Shown here in pieces: positions 1 to 21,654 of a DNA stretch of 64,000 nucleotides. Numbering within the stretch: the first letter of the stretch is position 1; each line of letters starts with the position of its first letter. The notes beneath the pieces were generated by a model, which was not told the origin of the DNA, made no database searches, and worked only from the letters and a program-made list of their open reading frames with translations. Where the stretch lies: NCBI RefSeq assembly GCF_009914755.1, contig NC_060926.1; one strand, written 5' to 3'. This stretch comes from the human T2T-CHM13v2.0 reference genome, Homo sapiens. The translations under genes were made by a program, and so were the position numbers.

Positions 1-2
1 TC

Positions 3-827
<825 letters not shown>

Positions 828-1056
828 TGTTTTTACTTCCTATTTTATTGAAAAAAAAAAAAAAAAAAAAAAAGCAAACAAAAAGGAACATCCCCAAGTC
901 TGCCATTGCACCTGCTCCCTGCCTGCATCTGTGCCAGTGCCTCTGTCTTTTCTCCTGTTACTGAGGATGGGCTTTCTGTGCTCTCTACAAAGGCAACCTC
1001 TTTGCCTGCTTGAGTACATTGTTCAGCAAATTTTACCTTTTATTTTGGATGGTCAC

Positions 1057-3393
<2,337 letters not shown>

Positions 3394-4251
3394 TTTTTTT
3401 TTTTTTTTTTTGGTTGTTATCTTTTAAGTTAAGAGACTAAGCTAGTTTTCTTGAAAACTGTCCTGCATTCTAGAGTGTTTCCTTGTGATATCATTTAACT
3501 TGTTCCTTGACCCCTTGTATTTCTTATAAACCAGAAGTTAAAGATCTAAAGTTCTTTGGTTAAATTTAGGTTAAACATGTTTGGTGGAAATATTTCCTGG
3601 GTGATGCTATGAATTTCACATTGTGTCACATGAAGAGATGAGTAACTTTCAGATTGATTTTTAGTGAGGCTACATTTGACTGGTTAATGTGGTGACTGGT
3701 AGAGTTTTTATTGTAAAAGACATTTTTCCTTTTGTAGTTAGCAAATAATCTGGATGATTCTTTGGAACATTCTATTTGTTTTACATGTTTATGTTGTTTT
3801 TCCTCTGTCTGTTTGCCAAGATATGGAGGAGCTGGAATTAGAGCCCAGCCTGTCTAACTCTATAGCCCATACCTCACCCTTGTCTCAGCATCTGTCTCTT
3901 CCTTGTCTTACCTGGCATGATGGGTTATATATGTCTGTTGTCCAGTTTGTGAGCTTATCAGAGGCAGCAATATTATATCATCCATTTTTATATCCATGCA
4001 GTACTTAAATTCACATAGCTGCAGAGTGGATATTTGTCCCAGATTAACAAAGAAGCATCAGAAACCTATGGCCTCCCCCCTGCACCTCCAAGAAACCCAA
4101 ACTCTAGAGGTTCTAGCCATTAAGTATTAGAGTTGGAGAAGATCTCAGTGGACAGTGTGTGGTGAACCTCCACCCCTGTGACAGGCTCAAGACTTCTTTG
4201 GATATAGGAAATGTTCTCTTGAAGGTTTCTTGAGCAAGAATTTTGTTCCAG

Positions 4252-4504
4252 CACTGCCAGCCACAATGAATAACTCTTCTTCAGAGACGCGAGGACACCC
4301 CCACAGTGCCTCCTCTCCTTCAGAGCGTGTGTTCCCGATGCCCCTGCCCAGGAAGGCGCCTCTCAATATTCCTGGCACCCCAGTCCTCGAAGACTTTCCT
4401 CAGAATGACGATGAGAAGGAGCGGCTGCAGCGGAGGCGCTCGAGGGTCTTTGATCTGCAGTTCAGCACTGACTCACCTCGCTTATTGGCCTCCCCCTCCA
4501 GCAG
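4252..4504 (+). CDS. NCAPH: NCAPH exon 2
   Basis: ttccag|CACTG ... AGCAG|gtgagg; (A)LPATMNN...SPSS(R). Confidence 0.96.
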
Positions 4505-4659
4505 GTGAGGTGCTCCTGGGCTGTTTCTCCTTGAGGCAGCCGCCTTGATATGGGCTGCGTAGGTCCAGGCATCTCCACAAAACTTCATGGGTCTAGGTTT
4601 TGAAAATTTAAACTATCATGGATTCTTGCCAGAGTTGTTTGTTTTTGTTTTCCATTTAG

Positions 4660-4750
4660 GAGTATTGACATTTCAGCTACTATCCCCAAGTTTACAAACA
4701 CGCAGATTACGGAACATTACTCCACCTGTATCAAACTGTCCACTGAAAAT
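4660..4750 (+). CDS. NCAPH: NCAPH exon 3
   Basis: catttag|GAGT ... GAAAAT|gtgagt; [11 protein letters not shown]...KLSTEN. Confidence 0.96.
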
Positions 4751-5365
4751 GTGAGTATTTGCTGGTTTATTATTGAAGACGTAATCCCTTGATCACAGGG
4801 GAAATCCAGCTATCTTGTTTCTGTAGATAATGCACAATCAATGATGATAATTCTCTGGTGAGTCATCTTAGTGCTGGTGGTTTTACTGTTTACTCTGGAC
4901 CCGTGGTGCACCTCCTGAGAGGCTGCCAGCTATCTGCTGTGTATCTAGAAAGGCAGCATGGCGCATGAGTTAATAGTAGAGTTCTGGAGCTAGCCTGAGT
5001 TGGAGGCTACATGCTTCTAAGCTGTGTGTGAGCCACCCAACCATTTTGCTTCCGTGTCCTCTGGAGAATGGGGGTAGTGCCTGCCTCATGAAGTTGTTTG
5101 GAGGGTGAGTCCCTTTGTGTGCAGTGCTTAGAGCAGGGCCTGCACACACTGAGCATTCAGGAATTTTGTGCCGTCATTCCCTAGCCTTGAACATGAGGAC
5201 ATGCCTGTGAGGATTTGGCTCTTGACAAGTGTTTTTGGGAAGAGAGATCAGTGACAATATGTGGGTATTCCTATGTAAAGACTTAGCTTCCTCTGTTAAA
5301 AGCAGCATTATTTACATGAGCCTAGGCTATAAATAACAATCCTTTCTGCAATTTTCTGTTTTCAG

Positions 5366-5458
5366 AAAATCACTACCAAGAATGCTTTTGGTTTGCACTT
5401 GATTGATTTTATGTCAGAGATTCTTAAACAGAAAGACACCGAACCAACCAACTTTAAA
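5366..5458 (+). CDS. NCAPH: NCAPH exon 4
   Basis: tttcag|AAAATC ... TTTAAA|gtaaga; [15 protein letters not shown]...TNFK (N-terminal kleisin motif). Confidence 0.96.
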
Positions 5459-5775
5459 GTAAGAAGGATGTCCACTTTCTCTTGCATCTGAATTAAATGA
5501 TGATGATTTCTACTACTTGGCATAACACAGTTGAATGCTGCAAATACATGAGAGACTTCTCATTTAGATGTTATGTTAGTTAATTTACTTTCTTTTCCTA
5601 AACTGATGAAATACAGAGAGAATATATATTCTGTTTATTCCCTATCAGTCATAGAGGGATCTTTGTCATTGCTTCCTTGGGGCAAGTAAATATTTTGTGA
5701 AGCTTGCTGTGTTTTACCTGTTCAGAAGTTGTTTTTTGTGTATCTTTGTGAGTGCAGCTCTGATTGTTTGACTAG

Positions 5776-5914
5776 GTGGCTGCGGGTACTCTGGATGCCA
5801 GCACCAAGATCTATGCTGTGCGCGTGGATGCCGTCCATGCCGATGTATACAGAGTCCTTGGGGGGCTGGGCAAAGATGCACCGTCTTTGGAAGAAGTAGA
5901 AGGCCATGTTGCTG
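5776..5914 (+). CDS. NCAPH: NCAPH exon 5
   Basis: actag|GTGGCT ... GCTG|gtaggt; [21 protein letters not shown]... Confidence 0.96.
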
Positions 5915-6266
5915 GTAGGTGGGTAGGGATCTGGATTTAAGTGGCTCTTTTTAGGGCATACCAGGTAGTTACTTGAGTAATATACTAGAAGAAGGTCACA
6001 AGAAATAAGTGATCTCATTTTATTGAAGACAGGGCATTTTTAGAACCATATATGGTCTTACGTGAGAAGATACTCAAACACTAAAATTATATTTCCTTGA
6101 AAAAGAGAAGGGCCTTATAAAAGCGTTTATATTTTATTTAGGCCAGGTTGTGTAAACATCACCAACTAAGGAACTTCTGATCTGGGAGTCTTTGGAAATG
6201 GACTTGCGTGAGAAGCCAAATCTAATAGTTTGGTTTCTCCATAAGTTGCAGATTAAATATGCCTGA

Positions 6267-6611
<345 letters not shown>

Positions 6612-6714
6612 TCACATGTTTAAATTACGACAGGTTTTGAAGAACTTGAGTTAGTAAGTTCATCACATGCTTCAAAGCAGCCCTTGCAGTACGCAATTGT
6701 ATTTCTCCTTTTAG

Positions 6715-6839
6715 ATGGAAGTGCTACTGAAATGGGAACAACCAAAAAGGCTGTAAAGCCAAAGAAGAAGCACTTACACAGAACTATTGAGCAGAACATA
6801 AACAACCTCAATGTCTCCGAAGCAGATCGGAAGTGTGAG
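6715..6839 (+). CDS. NCAPH: NCAPH exon 6
   Basis: ttttag|ATGGAA ... TGTGAG|gtgagg; (D)GSATEMG...DRKCE. Confidence 0.96.
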
Positions 6840-7119
6840 GTGAGGAACTGTATGCGCAGTGTGGTTTCTGACTAATTCAGAACCTTAGGGGCTGAGACTT
6901 GGCAGGGCTAAGGCTGCCTTGCTGGTATGTGCCTGTTTAAGCCTCAAGGGAGTAAAATATTCAACTGATATCTCTGCATTATCATCTTTTAGCTTGACAG
7001 TAAAGACTAAAAGTAAGTCCCTCAGTGTTTCAGAATGATTCAAAAGGAAGAGACTGCAAATTGCTGAGAAATCTAATTGATAAAAAATTAATTTTATTTC
7101 CTAGTAAATGTAGCAGTGG

Positions 7120-7335
7120 TTATGTTAGCTAACATTTAATGTACACATAGTGAGCACCATGTGCTTCCTTAAGCCTGTAACCTGTATTAACTCATTTAAT
7201 CCTCACAACATTCTTGTATCATTTTAGGAAGAGGTAACTGAGGCACAATGACTTGCCTGAAACGACACATCTAGTAAGTGAGCTAGAAGTTGAAGCTAAG
7301 TGGTCTAACTCCAGAATCCTAGCTTTAAATCATCT
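7120..7335. mobile_element. MIR
   Basis: ctcatttaatcctcacaac...gaagaggtaactgaggcac core. Confidence 0.65.
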
Positions 7336-7869
7336 ATCTAGCAAATCCTAAGGAATCGGCTTAAACAAATGGTACTGGAGGCCTCATCTATAATTAGCAC
7401 AGTTAATTTAAAGCAAACAGGTGTTACTACAATTTTATTTTTTAATTCTGCCATTAAAAACATTGTTTCAGTGAACATTCTAATACATATTATCTTTGCA
7501 CTCGTATGGGAGAATATCTGTAAGAAAATTCTGAGACATGGATTTTAAGTTGCCCTCAAAAAAAGGTACTAATTTACTCTCCCACTAGCAGTAGACTAGA
7601 TTACTTTTCTCTCTTACCTCCACAACATTCATAAATGGTAATTAAGGTCACAAAACTAGAATTGGTCACCAAGGAAATGAATGTATATGGGAAAAAGACT
7701 GGGAGTTCCTTTTCCCCAATCTTAGGAGTTCAGAGAGCTGAAAAAACATCCAGTAGGTAGGAGGAAAACCAGAAGAGCGTGGTATCCAAATGAGAAAATA
7801 TTTCAGGGAGTGGGGAATGATCAACCATGCCAAATGTGGCAACCTGAGGCCACTAATGAGCTTGGAGTG

Positions 7870-8301
7870 GGGGCCCCTCTGAAACTCAAGCTCAGACCTC
7901 CAGGGAAGGGCTTGGCTGGTGCTAGTGTCCCTGAGTTTGAGGGAGGGGATTGTGTGCCCAGGACCCAGACCCTGGAACGGGGGCATGCTGGCTGGTGCTG
8001 GTGTCTCAATAAGGCTGGTTCTGTGAGTGTGAAAATCTGCCAGTGGGGTTCAGCTGCTGCTACAGGTGGGCTCTGCTGCAGCCGGGGTGGAACACTGCTG
8101 GGTGACGCTCTCCTAACATGCAACCTGCAGAAAGGAGCAGTGCCTTCTCTCCCTTGGAGCCTGTAGTCTCCCTCTAGTGCCCCTACTTGGTAAACCCTAA
8201 CAGGGAGCTGCCGGCAAAGCTGAATGTCCCAGACCCTGCATCACAGCCAAGGAGAGAGGGTAGGCTTAGAGCTGAGAGGCAGTAGCTTAGTAACTGGGAC
8301 A
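7870..8301 (-). mobile_element. ERVL-type LTR fragment (LTR41/LTR52-like)
   Basis: Ends gagctgagaggcagtagcttagtaactgggaca, similar to the end of 58510-59092. Confidence 0.45.
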
Positions 8302-8469
8302 TGGTGAAGTGTCATGAGGATTACTGACAAAAGACTCTGGGGTGGGGAGAGAGATATATATAGAGAGAGTAAATGAAAACAAATATGCAAAATGCTACCC
8401 ATTGGGTAATCTGAGTAGAAGCTTTACAGAGATTCGTATTACTGTTTCAACATTCTTGTGGATCTGAAA

Positions 8470-9830
8470 TTTTTTTTATGATAAATGGGAGGAAAGGACT
8501 GAAAACACTTGAATATAGGTAGTTGTTTTGAAGAGTTTTGCTATAATTTGGAGCAGAGTACTGGGATAGCAAATGGAGGGAAAAGTAAGGCCAAGAGTTT
8601 TGATTTTGTTTTTGAATGGGAGAAATGACAGCATATTTTGTTGATGACAGCAGTCTAGTTTGGAGAAGGGATTATTGATGATGCAGCAGAAAGGAGAATT
8701 GCCAGGCTGATGTCCTTGCGCAGGTGAGAGGTAGGGAATGGACAGCACAGGTTGGGCTCGGCTGACGGGTGTTGTTTGGGTGCACTCATGGGGGAGCCTT
8801 CTGGATACTGTCTTAAAACAGGAAGCCAGGTCATCAGCTTACAGTGAGGATAGGGAAGGAAGGCACTGGGGGCGTGAGGAGGGGAAAGGGTAGGAAAGAG
8901 TCCTCTAGGAGGTGGGCGAGTACATGAACTAGGGAGATATGGTGTGACTGTTAGACAACTTAGGGTCTACTTGAGGGTGGTGGCAGATGGATATAAAGTG
9001 AGGTCAGTCAGCATTATTTTGTGTCTCTGTCCAGCCGTGAATAGCTGTGTGGGTACAATCATGGAGTAGGCAGAAAGTTGGGTTTAATATGGGATCCTGT
9101 TGAGCTGAGTGAATGGACACAGCTGGAAAGGGACACTGGAGGAGGTGAGTGCATGTGTAAAGGTGTGGTTGCATTCACTGCTTAGGGAATTTTACCTCGG
9201 AAGACAGGGGAATGAGGGCAGTGGAAAGTAATATAATCAGTAGATTGTAGGCCTGGTGGGGTCAAAGACTTCGTGGTGTTGGGGACAAGAAGGGGTGAGC
9301 TGGAAATGTAGGAGGTGGTTGCCAGAGAGGGGCCCTAGAATTGAGGATATAGAGAGGTTGCAGTCATGGTTAATGAGTCAACTCAGAGCAGGCAAGGGAG
9401 CAAATGGCGGAGGCGGGGTAGGGGTCTTACTAGGCTGTCTTGGTGTCTTACTTGGCTGTCTTGGAGTCCTGGGTTTCTTAGGATGGAGACCATTGAAGGA
9501 GAGGATATCAACCAAGAGACAGTGTACTGGATGGATCAACATATGGATATTGAAATCAATAAGAGCTACACCAGGAATAAATTTGGAGACTAGTAATGAG
9601 CCATAAACTAATACTAAGATCTTCTGAGAAGAAGGACAGGTTGTGACCTGGGGATTGGAAGATGACTGCAACACAGATGGGCAGACAGTGGCAAAAGCTG
9701 ATGTTGTACTCAGAGCTGGGGCATTAGAAATTGGGAGGGGGGATAGTTGGATGCTGCAATCACCTGGCCCACCTGTAGGCCACTGGTTTGACGGCTGTGA
9801 AGAGAAAGCAGCCACTGCAGAGGCCCGCAG
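8470..9830. mobile_element. Degenerate L2 fragments
   Basis: Purine-rich L2-like text (ggatattgaaatcaataag..., gagccataaactaatactaagatcttc). Confidence 0.5.
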
Positions 9831-10632
9831 GGGAAGCCTATCCTCAGGCTGGCACCATGTCTCAATTGGAGCAGTGCCCCTCAGCCTGTTTTTTTTTTTT
9901 TTTTATCACTTTTGCCCCTTCAGACCCATTTAGACATTTTGTGCCTACTCCTTCCCCTTAAAATGAAATACTAAGGAATAAGATTTTGTCAGATAGGGTA
10001 GAGATTTGGATAGGCAAACATTATTGTAATATCTAAGATTTTTCCCACCTAGCCTCTAGGAAACAGTTTTCACCCCTTGAGAGTGAAATGAGAACACCAT
10101 TGAGAATACATAAATTAGAACAAGTAGGTGGAGATAATCCTCAGGAACTAAGTGGGCGATAGAGAGAATTTTGCTGATGACTGAGTCTAGAGGGCCCTGA
10201 GGAAATACCAGTTTTTGAGGAGGAGTGGGAGATGGGGGCTGTGGTGGGGTGGGAGGTGGCATCAGAGTTCTATAGATCTTAGAGTCCAAGAAATGTAGAA
10301 TTGTGGGTGTCTTGGGTCTTTTTGTGTAATTAATAAATAAGCCAGATAAAGGGCAACAGTGAGATGAATGCCAGTGTTCTTACAGCAGATGGTAGTGGTA
10401 AGACTGAGTGTGCAAGGGGCTAGGGAGGTGGGGCCTTGCCATGCCCACTCTGAGTGGTGAGGTGAGCAGGGCATTGCTGTGCACGGGCAGGGAGGGGCCA
10501 GAGGAAGGAGAGTCACTGAGAATGAGGCCTAAGAGGGAGGGGAGAGGCGAGAGCAGCTGGCTCTTGTGGGGAGAGGGAGTTGTATTTTTTCCTTATGTGT
10601 GTGTCAGCATTAACCGTGGGTGATGTGTGTAG

Positions 10633-11101
<469 letters not shown>

Positions 11102-11169
11102 TATGTCAAGGTCTTTAAACATGGTGATATGCTACACACATCTGAAGTGGTATTATTTATTAGTCATAG

Positions 11170-14414
<3,245 letters not shown>

Positions 14415-14440
14415 TCAGTTTCTTCTCTCTCTGTGTTCAG

Positions 14441-14630
14441 ATTGATCCCATGTTTCAGAAGACAGCAGCCTCATTTGATGAGTGCAGCACAGCAGGGGTG
14501 TTTCTGTCCACTCTCCACTGCCAGGACTACAGAAGTGAACTGCTGTTTCCCTCTGATGTCCAGACTCTCTCCACGGGAGAACCTCTCGAGTTGCCAGAGT
14601 TAGGTTGTGTAGAAATGACAGATTTAAAAG
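14441..14630 (+). CDS. NCAPH: NCAPH exon 7
   Basis: gttcag|ATTGAT ... AAAG|gtaagt; [14 protein letters not shown]...TDLK. Confidence 0.96.
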
Positions 14631-15915
14631 GTAAGTACAAGTGATGCCTTTCACCAGAGCATTTCAGTCATTGGGGAATTTTTTTACATAACCATGGGGT
14701 ACAATAAGCCCATCATGCTCTTATGTTGCTTAAATTACCCAGAAGTTTCCTCTGGAATGCCAAATTGTGTATCCTTTTGGGAGTGCCTTGCAACCCACTA
14801 ACTTTTGTCTTCTCTGCGGCGTGGAGTCTAAAACGGTAAACCATCGCCTCTTGGTCTTGATGTGCCCGGTACCTTAGGTGCCCACTGTTTGCAGTCAGCT
14901 CTCCAAGTCACATTTGGGAGACCTGGGTTCCTCCTGGAGTGTCAGTTTGTTCTTGGGAAGGGGACTTAGAGAGACCTTTGCCTAGCCAGAGAGGCTTTGT
15001 TTTTATTTGCTCCCCATCCAGGGGGCCCTGAGGAGAAGAGAGCGTTGTGAATTGTTTTGAGACTCCTCTGCAGCAGTCTAAGAACTGATCTCTCCTATTA
15101 TCAGTCCCCTATACTGGCTTGACAGAGATTTTAGCATCCCTCCCATATACGCCTCCACGCCTGAGTTGGGGGTTCTCCTTGGGATGTTGTAATGAGGTGC
15201 CAGCAGGTAGGGAGGCCAGGTGCGTGCAGTGCAGTAGCTACACTTGGGGTCCCAGAAGAGCTGCCCCCTCCTGCACATTTCCAATGCAGTGTTCGTACTC
15301 TCGCTGATCTTCATCTCAAGTGCGGTCATTTTTATGTGTTGAATGAAATTAATACTTCCCCTCCAGGCTGGGCAGTTGTTAGCTCCCATTCTTGTCATTT
15401 CTATTCTTGCCTCAATTTTGTTTAGTATAGTTTTTGTGCTAACGATCTATTTTCCAAGTTTGTGCTCTCATTTGGGGCTCTAATCCCCTGAAGTAAGTCT
15501 TCTCTAGTTTGGGACTAAAAATAAGTTAAAGTACCATTACATGATTGCCTATGTACTTGGTGTATTTTTAAGACGAAGCGTTTGATTTCCCAGCTATAGC
15601 ATAGGTCACAGAATTCATTTCAGAATCGAATGTCTGTGCTTTAGGTTTCTCCTCTAGTATTTTACTAATTTGTGCGATGACAGTGCATAGCCTCACTCCA
15701 GCGTGGGTGTGGCCGACGCATCTGCTCGCTCCCAGAAGAGGCAGGGACACAGACTGGCAGCTAGCCAGCCACTGATGATACTTGAGCCTTTGCTGGAGGA
15801 CAGTGAGGTAACTGTGCCTCTCATCTCTCGTCCCACTCAGTATCATTCTGAAGGGAGTAAGGAATGCACTTGACCCCCTTCTAATCTCTCTTTGTGATCT
15901 TGCTATCCTCTCCAG

Positions 15916-16007
15916 CGCCCTTGCAGCAGTGTGCAGAAGATCGCCAGATCTGCCCTTCCCTGGCCGGGTTCCAGTTTACACAGTGGGACAGTGAAACACA
16001 TAATGAG
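15916..16007 (+). CDS. NCAPH: NCAPH exon 8
   Basis: ctccag|CGCCC ... AATGAG|gtgtgg; (A)[20 protein letters not shown]...HNE. Confidence 0.96.
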
Positions 16008-16792
16008 GTGTGGTCAAGTTTTAGTGGCTCATGGTTTCAGTTAGTTGGCTCAAGAGTGGTCCTGCCCAATGGGAACCAAAACTGTGGCATCATCTTTATT
16101 TAGCCAGGAGTACAGAAAATATTTCCTTTGGCACTTCTGTAGGGACAAAAACCCTGAGGGAGGAGGGTAGGGTTGTGAACCCCAGCAGGACTATTCTAGA
16201 GGTAAGTGAGTTCCAGGATCAGCTTTATGTCCTCTCTTCTGCTATCCTAGGGTAAGGCGGCCCTGGCATTAATCAGTGAACATTTATAATTAGATTTACT
16301 CTTGAATGTGGTTATCCCAGTGGCCTCGAATCTCTTAGGCTGCCGTCAAGCTTGAGGAATTTCCTGCTCTTTGGGGTTGAATCCCTTGGCACAGAGTTTC
16401 CTGAGAAATTGTCATGTGTAGAGCTTTCCTCTGTGTATTTTTAGCATGGCCCCCTTTAGCCTACTTACTACAATTTCCAAAATAAATGATCTCCATGGAA
16501 AACTGTTTTCTGCAAACATGTAGTTAATGGGTACAGAATCCTGTTTCATGTTTTACAAAATGTGCCTGACAACAATGCAGCTTCCTCCTGTGCTGCACAA
16601 TATAAACTTCCCCCTCACTGTACTATCGTGAGAGTCTTGGCCCAGGCAGGCAGGGGATGGGAAAGGGAAGGGTGGCTCAGGGGAAGGAGGAGGCTGGAAA
16701 CTGAAATTTAAGGGTGAGAAGGCTGTCCCTCCAGTGGTGATTTGGGGTGGTTATAGGAATGAGAATTACAGAACCCTCTTTTGTCCCTCCAG

Positions 16793-16998
16793 TCTGTGTC
16801 GGCCCTGGTAGACAAGTTTAAGAAGAATGACCAGGTATTTGACATCAATGCTGAAGTTGACGAGAGTGACTGTGGAGACTTCCCCGATGGGTCCCTGGGG
16901 GATGACTTTGATGCCAACGATGAACCTGACCACACCGCAGTTGGGGATCATGAAGAGTTCAGGAGCTGGAAGGAGCCCTGCCAGGTTCAGAGCTGCCA
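16793..16998 (+). CDS. NCAPH: NCAPH exon 9
   Basis: ctccag|TCTGTG ... TGCCA|gtaagg; SVSALVDKF...QSC(Q). Confidence 0.96.
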
Positions 16999-18119
16999 GT
17001 AAGGCTCTCAGAGTCCGAAAGTGTTTCTATAGGAGTTTTCCATTGGTTCTTTTTTCTTTTTCTTTTTTTTCTAATTAAAAAATTTTTCTTTCTTTTTTTT
17101 TCCCCCCCCAAAAATAGAGACGGGCATCTCACTGCATTGCCCAGGCTGGTCTTGAACTCTTGGGGCTCAAGCAATCCTCCTGCTTTGGCCTCCCAAGGTG
17201 CCAGGATTTCAGGTGTGAGCCACCATGCCTGGGCACTATCAGTTCTTAACAGATTTCCTGCTGGGGTGATTGAATTTGATGTCTGATTGGCTGGGCTGGT
17301 GTGCTGTGTCATACACATCAGCTGAGCTTTTCAGCTGAGCCTTTCTGACTCAGAGGAATCACACCTGGCTTTGAATGTCGGCTTAGCCACTTTGGTTATA
17401 AAACTGACATTGCAAGAGTTTGTAAGGATTAGAACAATGTAAAGCGTTTGGAACAAAGCACCTGGGATCTAGTAATTACGTCAATGTGGCTGTTGTTACC
17501 ACGTGCATTTTGGTAGCAGAGAGCATGCTCCCTTTGTACACATTGCTTATAGTGTGGCTGTTGGTGACTCTAAGCCACCAATTTACCACCTGAAAGGTAA
17601 GCAAGTGGGGGTTAGGCAGTGTTGGGTTACCAGATGGGCAGACTGGGGACGAGCAAGGCAGGGAAAACAAAACCAACCAATAAATTGAGAATATTTGGAG
17701 GAGAAGAAGAAGAATTGGTTTAGTAATTAAATTTTTGATTACCCTAGTAAACATCATAAAAATAATCAGAACTTGGTTGGCCTTTATGTACTTAATAGGT
17801 TAGTATTGTTTTAATTCTAAATATGATTTGGAAGCAGGGTCTCACAACACTTTAATGTCATGGTCCTGTAAAGGTCTTCAATGGGCCTGGGGGTAGGAGA
17901 TTTCATGAGATTAGAGTGAACAGTCCCTCTGTTAACTCCTATGTCTGTAACAGAGCTTTGCAGAACTGGGATTGGGGACAGCCAAGCTGGTTTTGAGTAA
18001 AACCTTAGAAGTTGCTTAGTATAATTTCCCGCTATGACAAAAATCTCTTCAAGACCCTGCTCGGATGTCTTTCCTAAGCTCATTTTGTCTGCCCTTGTGG
18101 GAAACGATTAGGCTGATAA

Positions 18120-18449
<330 letters not shown>

Positions 18450-19019
18450 TAGCCAGGATGGTCTCGATCTCCTGACCTCATGATCCTCCCACCTCGGCCT
18501 CCCAAAGTGCTGGGATTACAGGCGTGAGCCACTGCGCCTGGCCATCCTGTCTTCTAAGAAGGGAGAAATGATAGGTTGATGGGATGAACTCTTAAAAACA
18601 TCATTTTCAAATGTCAGAGAAAAGCTATCACTTTCCTTAAACAGTGAGGTGACATCTGAGGGACTGACAATAACAAAGGGCTTCCATGACTTTTATTTGG
18701 TTTCTGGAAGATGTTTTCTGCTGGTTATTTTGAACAAATGTCTCCACTTCTCTCCCCTATTCCAAACAGCACAAAATCTTAGACTCTATCCTACCTAGTA
18801 CATTAGGCGTGGGAGGCTGCAGTTCTAGTCTCAGATTTTACCCATCCTTAAATCCCCTCCCCTTGCCACATCGCTGGCCTTTCCTGGGAATTCAGTGAGT
18901 GTTTGATCTGGAGTAGATCTGATCTTGCCGTTACTAGCCCTGAGATGTGGGGCAATGTTATCACCTTTTGCGGTCTTTGTTTTCTCATCCATAAAATGCA
19001 AGGTTGGGACCAGTTGATA

Positions 19020-19205
19020 ATAACAATATCTGATATTTATTGAGCTCCTTATTCTTTGTGCAAGATGCTGCGCCAGGTGCCTTATGTGTGTTATTTCACA
19101 TAATTTACATAATATCTAAAATTAATTATTTTATTGCAGCAACCCTATAATTAGGTCCTATTATCCTCATTTTACAGATGAGGAAACAGGCTCAGAGAGT
19201 TTAAT
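19020..19205. mobile_element. MIR
   Basis: attatcctcattttacagatgaggaaacaggctcagagag core. Confidence 0.7.
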
Positions 19206-20871
19206 GGGGTGGAGCTGGTTGCCACCCAGCACCTTTGACCAGTCCTGGCCACATATAGTGAGCTTTGGATGGCAGGCTCCAGTCCACACCACCTGAGCAT
19301 CTCAGTGGGTAGAGGGGGCCAGACATCACGTTACCATCCCCGGGTGATTGTGTTCTGCACCCAGGGCTGAAAACCACTGTACTCTACTGAGAGGTCTTCG
19401 GAGGCCTCTGGATGAAGGTGGGGTGGGGCAATGCTGAGTGATAAATACCAGTGTTGTGTAGATGCCTCACGTTATTGGTCTCTGCATGGCAGCACATTGA
19501 CAACTGCAAGCGTAAAAGGTGGAGCTCTTTGTGCACATGCATTGGTAAGGACTGGTCTGCAAAAGTGCTTGATGTCTAAGAGTGAGCTCCCTCTCTGTGC
19601 AGCAGCAACAGCAGCCCAAGAACACTTGGAGCCAAGTGTTCTCTGGCCGACCCTTCTGTAGTACCAGCATGCTTACATAAGGCAGTTACTGTGGTTAATG
19701 ACCTAGTCGGAGGTCAAAGCCCAGAACACAGCCTACTTCACGCATGCGAGAATGAAACATTCGGCTGCATGCTGCCTGATGTGCTGAGCCAGCTGGGAGG
19801 AGACCTTATCTTGCCAGTGTTAGGACAGTGGATTGAACCATGGCTAAATTGAAGGAGGGACCCTGTGATATTATGGGGAGGGGATAGAAGAAATACAGAG
19901 TTTTCCTGGAGGGACTGGAGATGTTTGAAGTGGGCAGCCTTGAAAAATGGATAGACTATTTTGGACTATAGGTGGATTCATTTAGTTGTTGAGTGGTGAA
20001 ATTGGGACTGGTAGGATGCCTGCGACATAGCATTGTATGTTGAAAGAATTATTGAATTACTACAGTTCAAAAATCCTGCAGAGCCTCTGTCCAGCTCCAT
20101 CACCAGAATTGGGAATGGGAGCCACTCTTCCTAATGGAAGAATATCCATCAGAATGGAGTGGGGATGCTGTTGAAACTTCTTCCTTCTACCTCTGGAGTT
20201 CACAGCACAGTGCATTTGTTACTTAATAACATGCTAGGTATCAGATTCTGTTACAGCACTAGGCCATACAGACTAGAAATGTGATTTTTTTATTGTGTAT
20301 TTTATTTTTTTAAATTAGGTTTTAATTACACAATAAATGCACAAATGTAGTCTCCTGTTTTTGTTTTTTAAAATTCTGTATGTAAAGACAAAATCCCCTT
20401 TTAAAAGCCTTTTTAGCTTATTCCATATGGCTTATATAAACGGGAACTATATGTAGGCTCAATACAAATACAAGGCCACTCTTCTGAAACTTCTTGGTTA
20501 CCTTACCTTCAGAGGGCAGTACAGCAGCACCAGCGTCCTTTCTGACATGTTGGAGCCCTTTAGGAGAAAGCTTGTACCTTGTGGAAAGAGTGAAAAATGG
20601 CTGGGCACGGTATAATCCTGACACGCCTGTAATCCTAGCACTTTGGGAGGCTGAGGCAGGAGGATTGCTTGAGGCTAGGAGTTCAAGACCAACCTGACCA
20701 ACATAGTGAGACCCCATCTCTATTTTTTAAAAATGTAGAAAGAGTGAAAAACCAAACTGAAACTGCCATGCTGCACTGACCACTTAGACACTTTACACAC
20801 GGCAAAGAATAAAGCTGGATGACCTAACAGATTATAAGGGGAGCCCCCAAAGCGTTAGAGGAACTAAATAA

Positions 20872-21283
<412 letters not shown>

Positions 21284-21285
21284 TA

Positions 21286-21390
<105 letters not shown>

Positions 21391-21654
21391 TTACTTTTGT
21401 CATCTTGTCTCTCAAATTAGGTAGACTAGCATTTTATGGTGCACTTTGAAACTTCCAGAGTACTTGTATAGATATGATTATATTGTTATAAAATTAAGGG
21501 AAGGAAAAGTACTTGAGAAGTAAAAGGAATTATTAATAATGAAGTTATTTGTATTGGACTCACAGAAATGCAGCTCATTTGCGGACATATGCTTCATATG
21601 TAAATACAGCATTATAATATATGTATTGTACATGTACAAATATGTGTGTTACAG

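Noticed and set aside
9424-9465. 21-bp tandem duplication; similar small ones at ~13088-13134, 25268-25293, 53167-53204 and 58726-58757
   Set aside because: Ordinary slippage duplications, mostly inside old repeats
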